Notes: generated from the sequence alone by a model not told the origin. A stretch of 64,000 nucleotides of DNA from Somniosus microcephalus (GCA_052327205.1 CM126215.1:79422001-79486000), one strand, 5' to 3'. Positions 39,592-52,325 are shown, counted from the stretch's first letter. Program-made: numbers and translations.

Positions 39592-41396
39592 TCACCATCC
39601 CTTGCGCACTTCCCCCCTTCCCACCCTACTGCTCCTCTGTAATGGGGCCCCAGTGGCTGCAGCAAGGCTGGTGGAAGGCTGCTGAATGTCAGATCCTGAG
39701 ACTACAGATGCCCTTGAAGGACACCCTCCACCAGCTCTGGGCCTGGAAGCCCCAGCTGCAGACTGCACCAACTCTGCATGGGCGGCAGCAGTCTGGGCTA
39801 GTTGTGTTGCAGGCGGTGGCAAGTGCAATGGGGAAGTGACAGTGGTGGGAGCAGGAATGCTGTCATCCTGAGAGAGGACAGCATCTCCCTGCTCAAATGA
39901 CACACTGGCACTCCCACGGGGCAGCACCTCAGCATCCGGAGCAATCTGCTCGAGCACAGATTGCTGGCCTGCTGTGGCACCATGAGAGCCCCGGGGCAAT
40001 GTAGCTGAACCAGCGACGATGACAGCAGTCAGTGCTTGCGTTGCCTCTATCTGAGACTGCATGAGAGCAGTCTGAGATTGGATCACAGCAGCCAGTGACT
40101 GAATTGCAGCACTAAGCAGTTGCGTTGCATCCGCCTGTGCTGTAACGGAGTGCTCCACACTCCTTACCAGTCCATCAATGCTTTTGGGCACCCTTCCCAT
40201 TGCACCCATGAGCTGAGTGTGCATGTTCACCGCCTGGGTGTTCATTTCCGCGATCAGCTGCTCCTCCTCTGCGTCCAGTGCAGCAGGACGCGCTGGCCTA
40301 CTCTCCCTCCGGGGAGATGGCCCCCGAGCTTCCCTAGCCACATGGCATTGCTGCAGCCCGCTGGGTCCTGGAGCTTCACCCTCATTAGACCCTTCCCCCC
40401 TGCTCCCCTCCAGGGACGACGTGGTCCCAGTGTGGGCATGGGCTCTCTCGGGAGACGCTGGTGCTGAGGCTCCGGCTTCCTCTTCCTCCTCGCCTGCGGC
40501 TTCGCTCTCACTGGCTGGCTGAGGGCCCGTCACCTCAGCTGGTGAATCACCATCTGAAAGCAGGGAGGTACAAGAGTGGCTTTAGCGTCAGGACAGGGGA
40601 GCAGTAAGGGAGCAAGGACTGGAGCAGTTTAGTAAGTTGGATTGAAAGTGTAAAAGGCTGGTGTTGTGAGGGACAAGTGGAATGAGAGAGGAGAGAAAGC
40701 TGATGAACATACCACTGCTGTCCCGAAGGGGGTCAACCTCTCCAGCGGCCACGGGGCCGATCACCTGGCTAGCGATGATCCTGTGGACGCGCGCCTCCAG
40801 ATCGCTGAGGGTTTGCAGCTGAGGCGGCCCTCCACCCATCCGTTGCTGCTGCCGCCTGTTGTGAGATAGCTTGGCCTGCAAGTAAAAGGACGGCATCTGA
40901 GTAAATATGCAGCCATGGTCTTGCCTGATGTGCCTATCATAGTTGAATAGTCCTTAATGTATGCAGCCATGTGCTTGCCTGGTGTGCCTCCCATAGTTGA
41001 ACAGCCCTTAATGAATGCAAGGTGTGGAATGTGCGTGTGTGTTTAATGAGATGGCCATAGGTCTTGGATGAGTGTTGGGCACTGGGGTTTTTACACCCTC
41101 TGGCCATAGAGTGAGGTTGAGATGGAGGGATGGAGAGGTATTGAAAAGTAGCCACTCACCATGACCACCCGAGTGAGGTCGTTGAACTTTTTCTGACATT
41201 GTGTGTGGATCCTGGGCACCATGCTCCTGGAGGAGATGTGCTGAGCCACTTCCCTCCACACTCTTTTATAGTCGCGGGGCAATGGCCTCCTGCCACTCTC
41301 TGGGTACAGTATTGATCTTCGGCACTGCACTGCACCAACCAGAGCCTCCAAGGCCCAGTCACTGAAGCGCTGAGCTCGTTCCCTGGCTTTCTCCAT
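39592..41396 (-). CDS. Harbinger Myb/SANT-like DNA-binding protein, 3 exons (41396-41160, 40875-40713, 40553-39592), 453 aa
   Basis: MEKARERAQRFSDWALEALV..W.EVA..QCQKKFNDL; GT-AG introns in phase 0 and phase 1; the exons sum to 1362 nt with no internal stop. Confidence 0.82.
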
Positions 41397-42732
41397 AGTC
41401 CTTTGCAGCAGCTTTGAGGTTGAGGTCTGTCCAGGCCGAGATTCAAGGCTACAATGAGCAGGGTGTGGCTGGAGAGCAAGATCGACCCTCCCCTTTAAGA
41501 ACTGGCCGGCGCCAGTGTGTCTGTGTTCCATCGCTAACTGACATCACCTGAGCTTCGCCCGTGCTCTGAGTTAGTGTCTCGCTCCTCGGCCGTTGCGCCT
41601 TATGACAGATGTGTAGCACCTGATTTAGCGCTGCAATCACCTCAAGGGCCAATAGAAGCCAAGTTTGCAGTCGGAGGCGATAATTTGCACCAGCCGCTAA
41701 ACTTTGCGCCCGGCCGATAAATGCGCACCAAATGGGGCGATACCGAATTTCTCCCCCTATGACTCTTAACAAGAGAGAAAATAACAAATGCCAAGTATTG
41801 GTAGTAAAGCTAGGGGAGGTTATCAAAGGCATGGTAAAAAGGAAAGGATTTCAGGAGGCTTTTAACAGTAAAGAACATAGCGAGGCAAAGCAGTTTAGGG
41901 AGCAAGTTCAAGAGCGTAGGACAAAGACAGGGAGGGAGAGCTTTGGTAGAGTGGAGGGCTCATGTTGGATTGGAGAAGATTGCTAGTTAGGGAGGACTAG
42001 GCCATGAAAGGATTTCTTTCTCACCACATTCACTGTGAGGAAACAAGAACTCTTTATGGGTCTAAATATGGGCACAAACATGCTACGCAAAACAAGCAAA
42101 GTTATGTTTTCATATGCAGTGGGGACCTGTAAATATAATTGTCATGGTTGTACTTATCTTGCAGAAAGAAACACAGGATAAATATTAATAAATACATATA
42201 ATGTTGGCTCAAATACCAAAAATAAAAGAATTAAAAACAATTTAAGAGCTGGAAGCCCATAAATATCTTTAATCTATTTCATTAATGACATTGCTGCATT
42301 TTCTATTGTTAAAAACCTTGAATATTAGGAACCTATGACAAATAGGAGTTTTGCATCACTACGTGAATAATCAAATTGATTATCATTGGAATTAAAGGGA
42401 ATTGAGTGTGCAAAGAGCTTCCAGGCATTGTGAGTTAATTGTTTTGTGGTTACCCACGTTTCCCACTTCACTTATTCTATTTATGCTGAATGGTAATATA
42501 CTAAAAGAAGGCAAATAATGATCCTTTGGGCTTGGTATTGCACTGACCTGAATTATTTTTAAATTAAAGTTTTCCAAACCTGAGTGATTCAACAGCTGAA
42601 CTCTGATTGGCATGAATTTTTAATTTTTTTTAATTTTAAAATGTGAACATTTTATTTACAGTTAATGACATTTACAGAGTGTCTCAGCTCTTTGTACAAA
42701 GTCACAAGCCATCATTCCCTATGAGGCAGGGA

Positions 42733-45465
42733 TCCCAGTCTCTTCAAGTTGGTGATGTGATCTCTAAGCTTCTTGATCATCTTCACTTGTTCATCCAGAT
42801 TGTGGGGGGTTGATTTTAACTCAGGTGCAGGGAATTGTCGGGTTCCCCGAATTTGGTGTTTCCCACATGATTCTAAATGGGTGTGTGAGATTGATGCAAT
42901 TTTAACTCAATTGGCCAATTGATTTCCAACGTGTGGGAACCCTTGGCAAATGAGTATTTCCAGTCAGAAAGTCGCATAATATGACGTCATTATTGCTGCT
43001 GCATTTAAGGTCTGCAACATGCCTTGCTTCTTCTGCAGGCTGCCAACCTTTTGGCATTTGCTGATACACTGAGCTGGAAGCAGAATGGCAAGAGAAAGAC
43101 CGAAGTCTGCACCCTGTTTTGACGACGTTGCCCTGCAGGCTTTAATGGAAGGAGCAAGAGCTCACAAGGAGGTGCTCTTCCCTTCATCAGGGAGAAAGAT
43201 GCCTCCCCAGCAGACAAAGGCTGCGTGGCTGCAAGTGGCAGAGGAGGTCAACTCCTTATCAGCTACCCGCAGAACCTGGATACAGTGCAGGAAGAGATTT
43301 CATGACCTTCAGCACACTGGAAAAGTGAATATGAAGTTCCCATCACTCTCAATCTGATCTCCATTGCCTCTCCTCACCAGCACTCAACTTTAGCAATCTC
43401 TCCCTCCACATCCCACTTGACACTGACATCCATGCACCCTTACCCATTCCCTCTCTCTCTATGCTCACATTCACCTAACTATTCGACTATGCAGCCCTCA
43501 CACTCCCGATCACTCTGATGCTATGAAAACAACTGACAACACACAGGGAGGGCCCTTGGTCTTGCCACCTCACTCCATCTTTGTCTCCTTCTAAGCAACT
43601 ATGCTATGGAATCTCTGCACTCACTCCTTCATTCTCACCCAAACTCCACTTGTCTCCCTCATTGCAGGAAAAGAGAGCTCACAATAAAAGAGAATGAGCG
43701 AGGACAGGAGGAGGGCCACCATCAGTAGCCTACCTCACCCCCTGGGAGGAAGCGGTCCTGGAGATCGTAGGACTGGAGGATGAGGCGCAAGTGGGGGACA
43801 GACAGATGGGTGCATCACAGCAAGATGGTGACAGAATAGTTTTCCATCTCTCTCATTGACATTGCATGAGTCGCCGATAATGATTCTGAAGCTATAGCAG
43901 ATGGACCTATGATCATCTGCAATATGCAATGTACATGTAACCTTGACCTCACACCTCTAACTCTTTCCTTTACTCCCCCACAGGACCATTGAGAGCCCCC
44001 GTCCCCACTGTCCAGGAGGAAGAGCCTGAGCTTCCAGACTCCTCAGAGGAATCTGCAACCTCTGAGGGCGCAGCGTCAGCAGAATTCAGTGCACCCAGCA
44101 CCAGCGCAGACACTCACACCTCGGTGGGACCTTCGGGACATAGAGTAGTGTTGTCACCTGGTGTATCACAGCTCACAAGTGAGCATCAGCAGATTGTGGA
44201 GACAGGGACAGCAGTGGAGAGTGCTAGTTGGAGGGTGCAGGACTCTGCCAGCTCGGCTCAGCTGCATGTTGACCCTCTGCCTCTGGGTCCATCCATAAGA
44301 TCAGCGGGACTGGAACTCCAGGAACAGATGCAGGAGTCACTGGCAGGATTTGTCTCCAGGGTCGATGTGAGTGTGGAGCGAATGGAGGAGTCCATAGCGA
44401 ACATGAGCAGAGCCTTTGTGGAGTCATTGGCGCATGAACGCATCACCATGGAAAGGATGGCAACCTCCATGAAGGAGATAAGTCGCCAGGGTATGGAAAA
44501 CATGGTGAGTGTTCATAATAGAATGACATCTCTTGAGGAGCGATGGGCATCTATTGAACAGAGAAACCAGACCTTCATGGAAGTCCTTCTGAGTAGGACT
44601 GCCAGTGCAGATACGGGTCCCCATGGCCCCCTGATGTGCAGCAAGGTGCTTTCAAGCCACTTCCAAGCGCTGGCCCCTTCTGGCCTGTGCAGCTTCAGGT
44701 GGGTGAGCAGCAGCCTGGTGCTCCTGTTGCTGCTGCTGTTGTTCCTGGTTCTGCTGGTGCCACGGCTGGTGTTCGAGCTCATCTAATGCCCAGATGTGAA
44801 GGAAATAAATGGTTCCCATGCTTCTGGCATATGCCTCTGTTGAGGAAGCACTGAGTGAAGGTGGCGAGCGGGGTTTCCCAGGAGGTCACACTGGAGATGT
44901 GTGAGAGGCTCCAACCTTCCACAGGTGTGGTTAAGCCTGGTAAAAGTTGCCCCAGGCCTGAAACAACAAAGTCCTACCACCTGCAAATGATGACTGATCA
45001 AATCTCCTCTTTAATGGTTGACTTGCAGCTGATAGTCAGCAAGCCAATAATGCTCACACCAGGTTTCACAGGCGTGATCCCCACCAGGCGTGTTTTACGT
45101 GGGAAAAGGGTTAAAAATGCAAGGGCCTGTTGAAATGGGATTATAAAGGCCAATTATTGCTGATTAAGGGCCTTAAAGACCAGTCCTGCCTGTTGGAGGT
45201 GGGACTGATTCATGACCATCAGACACACCTGGGTTAAAATGGCTCGGGGTCGGGAACCAGACGGGGGGTGGGGTCCCGACCCCCAGTTTTTGTGATTTTT
45301 AACCCCCCACATGCCTCAAAGCCTGCCTCATGGCTGAGTTAAAATCGACCCCTGGGTCTCCAGGAATTTACACAAATGAGGGTCGGCGCTCCCAGTGGAG
45401 AGTTTGTGCAGATCCAGCAGACTCTGGTTGACATTCTTCTCCATCTGCAGGGCTCTCTGCATCGC
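42733..45465 (-). pseudogene. Ferritin (heavy/middle type) intronless C-terminal fragment, split by a Harbinger insertion
   Basis: [37 protein letters not shown] (45465-45353) joins HNLDEQVKMIKKLRDHITNLKRLG (42805-42733) after removing the insertion and one TGG. Confidence 0.92.
42806..45352 (+). mobile_element. Non-autonomous Harbinger with a Myb gene and no transposase core
   Basis: TIR GGGGT(T/C)GATTTTAACTCAG; TSD TGG; Myb exon 1 at 43085-43324, exon 2 from 43668 (contains a stop), exon 3 from about 43985; only a Gln-rich MGTIY.. stub on the minus strand near 44690-44820. Confidence 0.9.
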
Positions 45466-45676
45466 CGAGCGGAGCCTCCCACTCTCCCGGCCAAACAAAT
45501 GAAATGTAAGGGAACTTAAAATACTTAAATTAAGTTTAAGACATATCAAATTAAACCAAAATAACATTGGCTGGGGTGATGATGCACTCCAGTCCCCGTT
45601 GCACCCACCGGTCTCGGAAGGCCTCAAGTGTGCCGGCGGACACCGCGTGCTCCATCTCCAGGGCCACCCGGGCGTG
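45466..45676 (-). mobile_element. Tx1/L1-like LINE ORF2 C-terminus and short 3' UTR
   Basis: 45676-45551 reads [41 protein letters not shown], resembling the F..RW end of Tx1-clade ORF2 (recognised from memory). Confidence 0.7.
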
Positions 45677-46803
45677 CTGATTGGCTTGAATTAGGGTTTA
45701 ACCAAAATCAGGAATGATTTTGTCATAAATGGTGAAATCCGCCTGCATGACTTAATGCTCATTAAATAAAATAACATGATACATCTGATTCCAACAGAAT
45801 CGAAATGGTAATCGCTGGGTAACGAGCTTTTCTTTCGATGGGCTTTTGTGTTGGGGATGTGGGAGAGTGGTGGGGAATGGACTGTGCCTAGTCTTTTTTC
45901 CTCAGTTTCCAATTTCCTCCTCTTTCTCTCTCCTATCTTTAGAGGCGACTTATATTGGGTTATGGTTCCACAGTTGCTGACCACACTCTGGTACCTCACC
46001 CAACTGGTTATTCTTTATATGTGAGCCTAAGCAGTGGGCTGTAGCAGACTAGTCACACTGATGGTTTTATAGCTGAGTGCGTTCCTGCTCTCACCTGGCA
46101 TTTCCACATGTGCATTTTCCAGCAGGGGACAATAATGAGTGGGTACCCTTGCTGATTTTTCAGGGACCAAATTTAGTGCCCTTACTGCTGCTCTGACTAA
46201 GCACTAACTAGAGATCAAAACTGACTTCCTTTCACTCTGTATGGATCAATACCACACTATCACTGGTGGAGCAGGAGTGTCTAACGGGGAGCCACAGGTA
46301 GCCAAATATATTGACCTCAAGGGTCGAGTGTGTGATGGGAAGAAGGAATGTCAGTTCTAGCTAGTTGAAGTCTTATGAAGAAAGTATTTTTTCTTCTTTC
46401 TCCTACAATTTTCTTTGCTCCTGTCCTGAAGGGATTGCCTCCTTGCTGGGGTTTGGTTCCATAGCTGCCAGATATCCTCTGGTCCAAGCGTCCATTAGTT
46501 ACATGTCAACCTTGAAAGTGAGTGTCATCTGGCTACTCCATGCAGAGGATATCACAGTCGAGCCCAAATCCGTCCTCACCCCATAGCCACACACTCGCAC
46601 TTCAGCAAGGATTACTGGAAAAATGATGAGAAGCAGGAACCCTCTCTTAATTTGGTCTCCTTAATGTAGGCACACTAAGGCCAATTGTAACAATCTTACT
46701 GCTACTCTAGCTGACAGCAGATAATTCAGTGCAGAGTGAGTATCCTGGTAATCAAACCTGCAAACTTCTCGATCTGTCTGCCTTTACTACCCATTTGAGA
46801 AAC

Positions 46804-48580
46804 TTTATAATGAATTTATAATGGGGAACAAAGAAATGGCAGACCAATTAAATACATACTTTGGTTCTGTCTTCACAAAGGAGGACACAAATAATCTCCC
46901 AGAGATGTCGGGGAACATAGGATCTAATGAGAGGGAGGAACTGAAAGAAATCAGTATTTGTAAGGAAATGGTGTTGGGGAAATTGACGGGATTGAAGGCC
47001 GATAAAACCCCAGGGCCTGATAATCTACATCCCAGGGTATTTAAGGAAGTGGCCCTAGAAATAGTAGATGCATTGCTGGTCATCTTCCAAAATTCGATAG
47101 ACTCTGGAACAGTACCCATGGATTGGAGGGTAGCTAATGTTACCCCACTATTCAAAAAAGGTGGTAGAAAGAAAACGGGGAATTATAGACCGGTAAGCCT
47201 GACATCGGTAGTGGAGAAAATGCTAGAGTCCATTATAAAAGATGTAATAGCAGAGCACTTGGAAAGCAGTGACAGGATCGGACAAAGTCAACATGGATTT
47301 ACAAAAGGTAAATCGTGCTTGACTAATCTACTGGAATTTTTTGAGGATGTAACTGGTAAAATAGATAAGGGAGAACCAGTGGATGTGGTGTATTTGGACT
47401 TTCAGAAGGCTTTTGATAAGGTCCCGCATAAGAGATTAGCATGTAAAGTTAAGGCACATGGGATTGGGGGCTAGGTATTGACTTGGATAGAGAACTGGTT
47501 GGCAGACAGAAAGCAAAGAGTTGGAATAAATGGGTCTTTTTCCGAGTGGCAGGCAGTGACTAGTGGGGTACCGCAGGGATCAGTCCTAGGACCCCAGCTA
47601 TTCACAATATATATTAATGATCTAGACGAGGGAACTAGATGTAATATTTCCAAGTTTGCAGACGACACAAAGCTGGGTGGGCGTGTGTGCTGTGAGGAGG
47701 ATGCCGAGAAACTCCAGTATGATTTGGACAGGTTGGGTGATTGGGCAGAAGCATGGCAGATGAAATATAACATGGATAAATGCGAGGTTATCCACTTTGG
47801 TGTCAAAAACAGGAAGGCCGATTATTATCTGAATGGCAATAGATTGGGAGAAGGGGAAGTGCAACGAGACCTGGGTGTCCTTGTGCACCAGTCACTGAAG
47901 GTAAGCATGCAGGTGCAGCAGGCGGTTAAGAAGGCAAATGGTATGTTGGCCTTCGTAGCGAGAGGGTTAGAGTACAGGGACAAGGATGTCTTGCTGCAGT
48001 TGTACAGGGCCTTGGTGAGACCACATCTTGAGTATTGTGTGCAGTTTTGGTCGCCTTATCTGAGGAAGGATGTTCTTGCCATGGAGGGAGTGCAGCGAAG
48101 ATTCACCAGGCTGATACCTGGGATGGCAGGAATGACATATGAGGAGAGATTGGGTCGATTGGGCTTATACTCGCTGGAGTTTAGAAGAATGAGAGGGGAT
48201 CTCATTGAAATTTATAAAATTCTAACAGGACTAGACAAACTAGATGCAGGAAGGATGTTCCCGATGGTGGGGAAGTCCAGAACCAGGGGTCACAGTCTAA
48301 GGATAAGGGGTAATCCATTTAGGACAGAGATGAGGAGGAATTTCTTCACCCAGAGAGTGGTGAACCTGTGGAATTCTCTACCACAGAAGGCAGCAGAGGC
48401 CAATTCATTAAATATATTCAAGAAGGAGTTAGATATATTTCTTTAGGCTAAAGGGATCAAGGGATATGGGGAGAAAGCAGGGACAGGGTACTGAATTTGG
48501 ATGATCAGCCATGATCTCATTGAATGGCGGAGCCGGCTCGAGGGGCTGAATGGCCTACTCCTGCTCCTATCTTCTATGTT
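46804..48580 (+). mobile_element. CR1 LINE, 5'-truncated, RT region in one frame with two stops
   Basis: ORFs 46821-47474 and 47478-48446 (NYRPVSLTS, DFQKAFDKV, GVPQGS, FADD); tail ttctatgtt. Confidence 0.95.
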
Positions 48581-50010
48581 ACTGAGTCATGAAAGAAGCC
48601 TACACCAGTAGAAATGTAATAGTTGATTTATATTGTAGGCACTACATGTGCATGTATTGTGCTCAGAGTGTCTCAGTTGTAATTCTGCTTTTTAAGTTGC
48701 TTTGCAAGATTCTTAAAAATAGCAGCATGGTGTGCCTCATTAATATTGGGAATAATATGTAAATTACATGGAATCTACCAAAGGGTACTTTTAGTTGCTT
48801 GACAACCAGTGTTTTGTAATATTATTTGGTTTTATGGTGAATTGTTCTGTACAATGAGGTGAGGGATGTTTAGTGCTAGAAATAGAACACTTTGCTACAT
48901 TTTTTTCCACCCACTATTAGCATAAAATGTTATCAGGTCACGGAGGAGGTACAGGTAAACCTCCCTCAAATCTACCCAATAATGTGTCTTTAAAAAGCAC
49001 CTCCTACTGCCCCAACGTGAATTTCTATTTTCCACATCACCGATTCTATGGCTTCTCAGAATGAGGTTGCTGAGTTAGGGACTTTCAATCTGTCAATCTG
49101 GGCTGGATTCAAGGTTGGCAGAGATGGAAGTGTTAACTTACTGTACTGCCCAAATGTTTCCCTAATGTTCTCCTCTTCTCTCTGAACAGTCTCAATTCAC
49201 AAAGGGGGAGAGGTTTCCACAAATGTTAACTGCTGTGGTAACTTGCCCCAGTGGCCACTCATCATGTGTGAGTCAATACTGTGAGTGTTGGCTGCCTGTT
49301 CAAGCATTGAGGGCATCGTGGACGAACCCATTCCTTTCCTCACTCAACAAATGTACATGCAGCCTTTTCTGCAAGATTCATTAGATTTCTGGCTGAGGCC
49401 ACTGACTTGTGATCAGCAAGGGAATCTTGACTGTCTTTTCCATCCTCACCATAAATGGCTCAGTACCACGCCACATTGTATATTTGCTCACTAAGCCAGC
49501 AGGAAGCTCTACTTTCTCCAGTATTTTTAAGTCCAAGGCTATATAAAACAAATGAAGATAGACTGATAGCAGTCTATCTTTTCTGCTTAATTTTAAGCTT
49601 TTTAAAAAAATATCTCTCCTACTGCTTTTTAGGGCGGTAGGCAGAAGGTTTCAAAGATCTTTCAAGAAAATTTGTAAAACTTGAGACTAACAGAAGGAAC
49701 AGATACTTCCACTTTGGGTGTCCCTAACTATGCCTTCCAGATACAAAAAAGCCACTGAGGCAGGGTGTGTATGGAATGATCTCTTTAAATCAAGTTTTTA
49801 GAAAAGTCTGACTACAACTTACCCAATCAAATGATCTGAATCCAACCTGAAACTTTCAATGACAGATAAATATGCAACATATACCCCTGAACTTTGGACT
49901 ACCAGAGAATGTACAGATCGATATACACCATAAAGTCATCCAGCCCTCTCTCCAGTGGAATAACAGGAATCGGACAGGTGTATTTTTGCCATGCTGCATG
50001 TAAGGATACT

Positions 50011-52192
50011 GGACTAGAAGCTCCAGTACGCTGGAAACCTGCTGGTGCCATTGTGGGCTGAAGTTAATGACTGCCCGAATTCATAGCGCAGGCAGCTTTT
50101 GGTGCTGCCTGCTAATTTAAATTAGTGCAGCGCTAAACTTACCGTGCAACCCTCTTTTTCCGGCACTACAATCAGCAGGAGGCCCAATGTAGCGTGGCCA
50201 TAGTGCCCTGATGCAAGGCTATCGTTTTAGAAAGCAGTGTTAGTCGCTTAAAGGGGAACTGCCTTCTAAAATGAAAAAAATAAAAATAATTTTAGCCCAT
50301 AGAGCTCAACTGCCTTCTGAAATTTTTTTTTTTTTAATTCCCAAAATGGCAGTCTTGAGCTCATAAAATGCCTTCTGCACCTAAAAAAATGGTAAAAATG
50401 CTTCAGCACTAACACAAATGGCTCAACAAGCCAGGGAAGGGGCATCCAGGGTCTCGCACACAGCACTCCAGCTTTGTGCAGGGGGTCAACACTGTAAGAG
50501 AGGTCCTCTACCCATAGGGGCCAGGAGGCCCTCCAGAAAGATCACCGAGGCCATCACAGGCAACAGTGTCACCCCCACGACCTGGCTCCAGTGCCCAAAG
50601 AAGTTTCATGATGACAAACCAGTGGTCAAGGTCAGTGAATGCATCTTCAAAAGTCGTCTCCAACCAACTGCACTACTAGCCTCACACACTTCTCAATCCA
50701 CAACTCCCCCCACCCCCCCAATCGCTCACCTATCAACAATCTGTACCAAACACAAGACACACCTCACATTCCTAGCTTCACCTCACCCTCTTGGAGGAGA
50801 TGGTGCTGGCCATCCTTGGCCAGTGGCGTTATCCTCTTTCTCACACCCCACTTCCCCCTCATCCCACAATATCTTCTGATTTACAAGGTGCACATGGTGC
50901 AAGCATGCAACACTTGCTTTCCTGCCCTCCCTTCACCACAACTCTACCCTTGTGCCTTCCTCATTTCACACACCCAAGGAAGATGAAGAAGAAGAAGACC
51001 GTCACTCGATTTGACACTCCCAGCCACCAGCTCCTCGAGGTCCTCATGCAAGGCCATCTGCAGTCTCCCCCACTGAAAGTCAGCAGCCTTCCAGCAGCCA
51101 TGCTGCAGCCACTGGGGTAGCACTGCATCAGTAGGATAGGCAAAGGCACACACAAGACAGTCACTAAGGGAATGCATAAGGGTGATGAGTTGATTTCTTG
51201 ATATCATATTGGATGGATAGATGTATAAAGTTGGATTGGAAAGTTTGCTTTCTGGTGGCTTTTATTTCAGTATTGTTGTCAAGAGGACGCTGTGATGATC
51301 AGTAACAGAGGGAAGGTAAGGTGTGGAACAAATTTTTAAAGGGGAATTGGGGTTGTAGTCACTGGTACCGCAGGCGGATGATTCCATCCCAGATATTCCG
51401 GCCAGAAAGGGTTGCATCCTTCCTTCCATTTCCTCCTCTTCTGCATCTTCCTACATTACAACAGTGACTACACTTCAAAAAGTACTTCATTATCTGTAAA
51501 ATGCTTTGGAATGTCCAGTAGTCATGAAAGGCGCTATATAAATGCAAGTCTTTCTTTCTGTGTCTTCCTCTTCCTTCTGCAAGCCGATGCTGGAAATCTG
51601 AAATAAAAGCAGAAAATGGTGAAAATACTCAGCAAGTCAGGCAGCATCTTGACCTGAGACATGAACTCTGTTTCTCTCTCCACGGATGCTGCCTGACCTG
51701 CTGAGTATTTCCAGCATTTTTTGTCTTCTCAGAGGCCTTCCTTTACCATCGAAGCCTTGCAAGCATCCAGCAGCACTCCCTGCACACTTTAAAAACTTTT
51801 AACAGCTATTGCACCAAGACACTACTACAATAAAATATTTAAATTCCAAAAACTTAAATCCAATCTTACCTGAAAGATGTGCGTGTCCCTTTAAGAAGCG
51901 CTGACAGCACCTCTGTAGATCTGCTGCACACTCGCTTTTCTGAGCGTGCTTTGGACACAGTGTTAAAGTCAGCGAAGAGGTCGAAGCTTGCAGATGTGGC
52001 ATCAAGTCAGCATGACATCACACTCTGCTGATTTGCATTTATAGGGCCAGCACTGCTAACGGCAGCGCTATGGCCCTCACCAAAATAACGGCTGCCAAGT
52101 CCCACACTGGAGGTGAGCGGAAGTGAGGCAGCCGCCATTTTTTCCAGGAACGGACCTTAATGGAGAGCGGTAAATCTGCGAATTTCTAGGCC
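50011..52192. mobile_element. Decayed, internally deleted Harbinger element
   Basis: TIR-like ggactagaag / aatttctaggcc with flanks ACT/ACC; Myb remnant MAQQAREGASR..WLQCPKKFHD at 50418-50630; contains a SINE tail at 51452-51553. Confidence 0.7.
51585..51725. repeat. Short inverted repeat, possibly Penelope-like terminal fragment
   Basis: aaatactcagcaagtcaggcagcatc faces gatgctgcctgacctgctgagtattt. A second copy (52258-52325 plus 53159-53185) is split by a MITE. Confidence 0.55.
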
Positions 52193-52325
52193 ACCGTCTT
52201 TTGCCAAGTCCAAAATCAGACAGGGATAGGGGTGGGCAGGGAGTGGGATCATGGTATGAAAACAGGAAATGCTGGAAATACTCAGCAGGTCAGGCAGCAT
52301 CTGTGGAGAGAGAAACAGAGTTAAC

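Larger units (their letters stand above)
36934..41757. mobile_element. Harbinger transposon with convergent transposase (+) and Myb (-) genes
   Basis: TIRs gagggaaaaatttggt / gggggagaaattcggt; TAT duplication inside the CR1 tail repeat. Confidence 0.88.
42619..45676 (-). mobile_element. Chimeric retrotransposed unit: Tx1-like LINE 3' end, ferritin fragment and poly(A)
   Basis: TSD ctgattggc(a/t)tgaatt at 42603-42618 and 45677-45692; AATAAA at 42651-42656 (-); decayed A-tail at 42619-42637. Confidence 0.8.

Noticed and set aside
45328-45627. 99-aa ORF as a functional ferritin
   Set aside because: Only about 37 residues are ferritin; the rest is LINE UTR and Harbinger TIR, and the N-terminal helices are missing.
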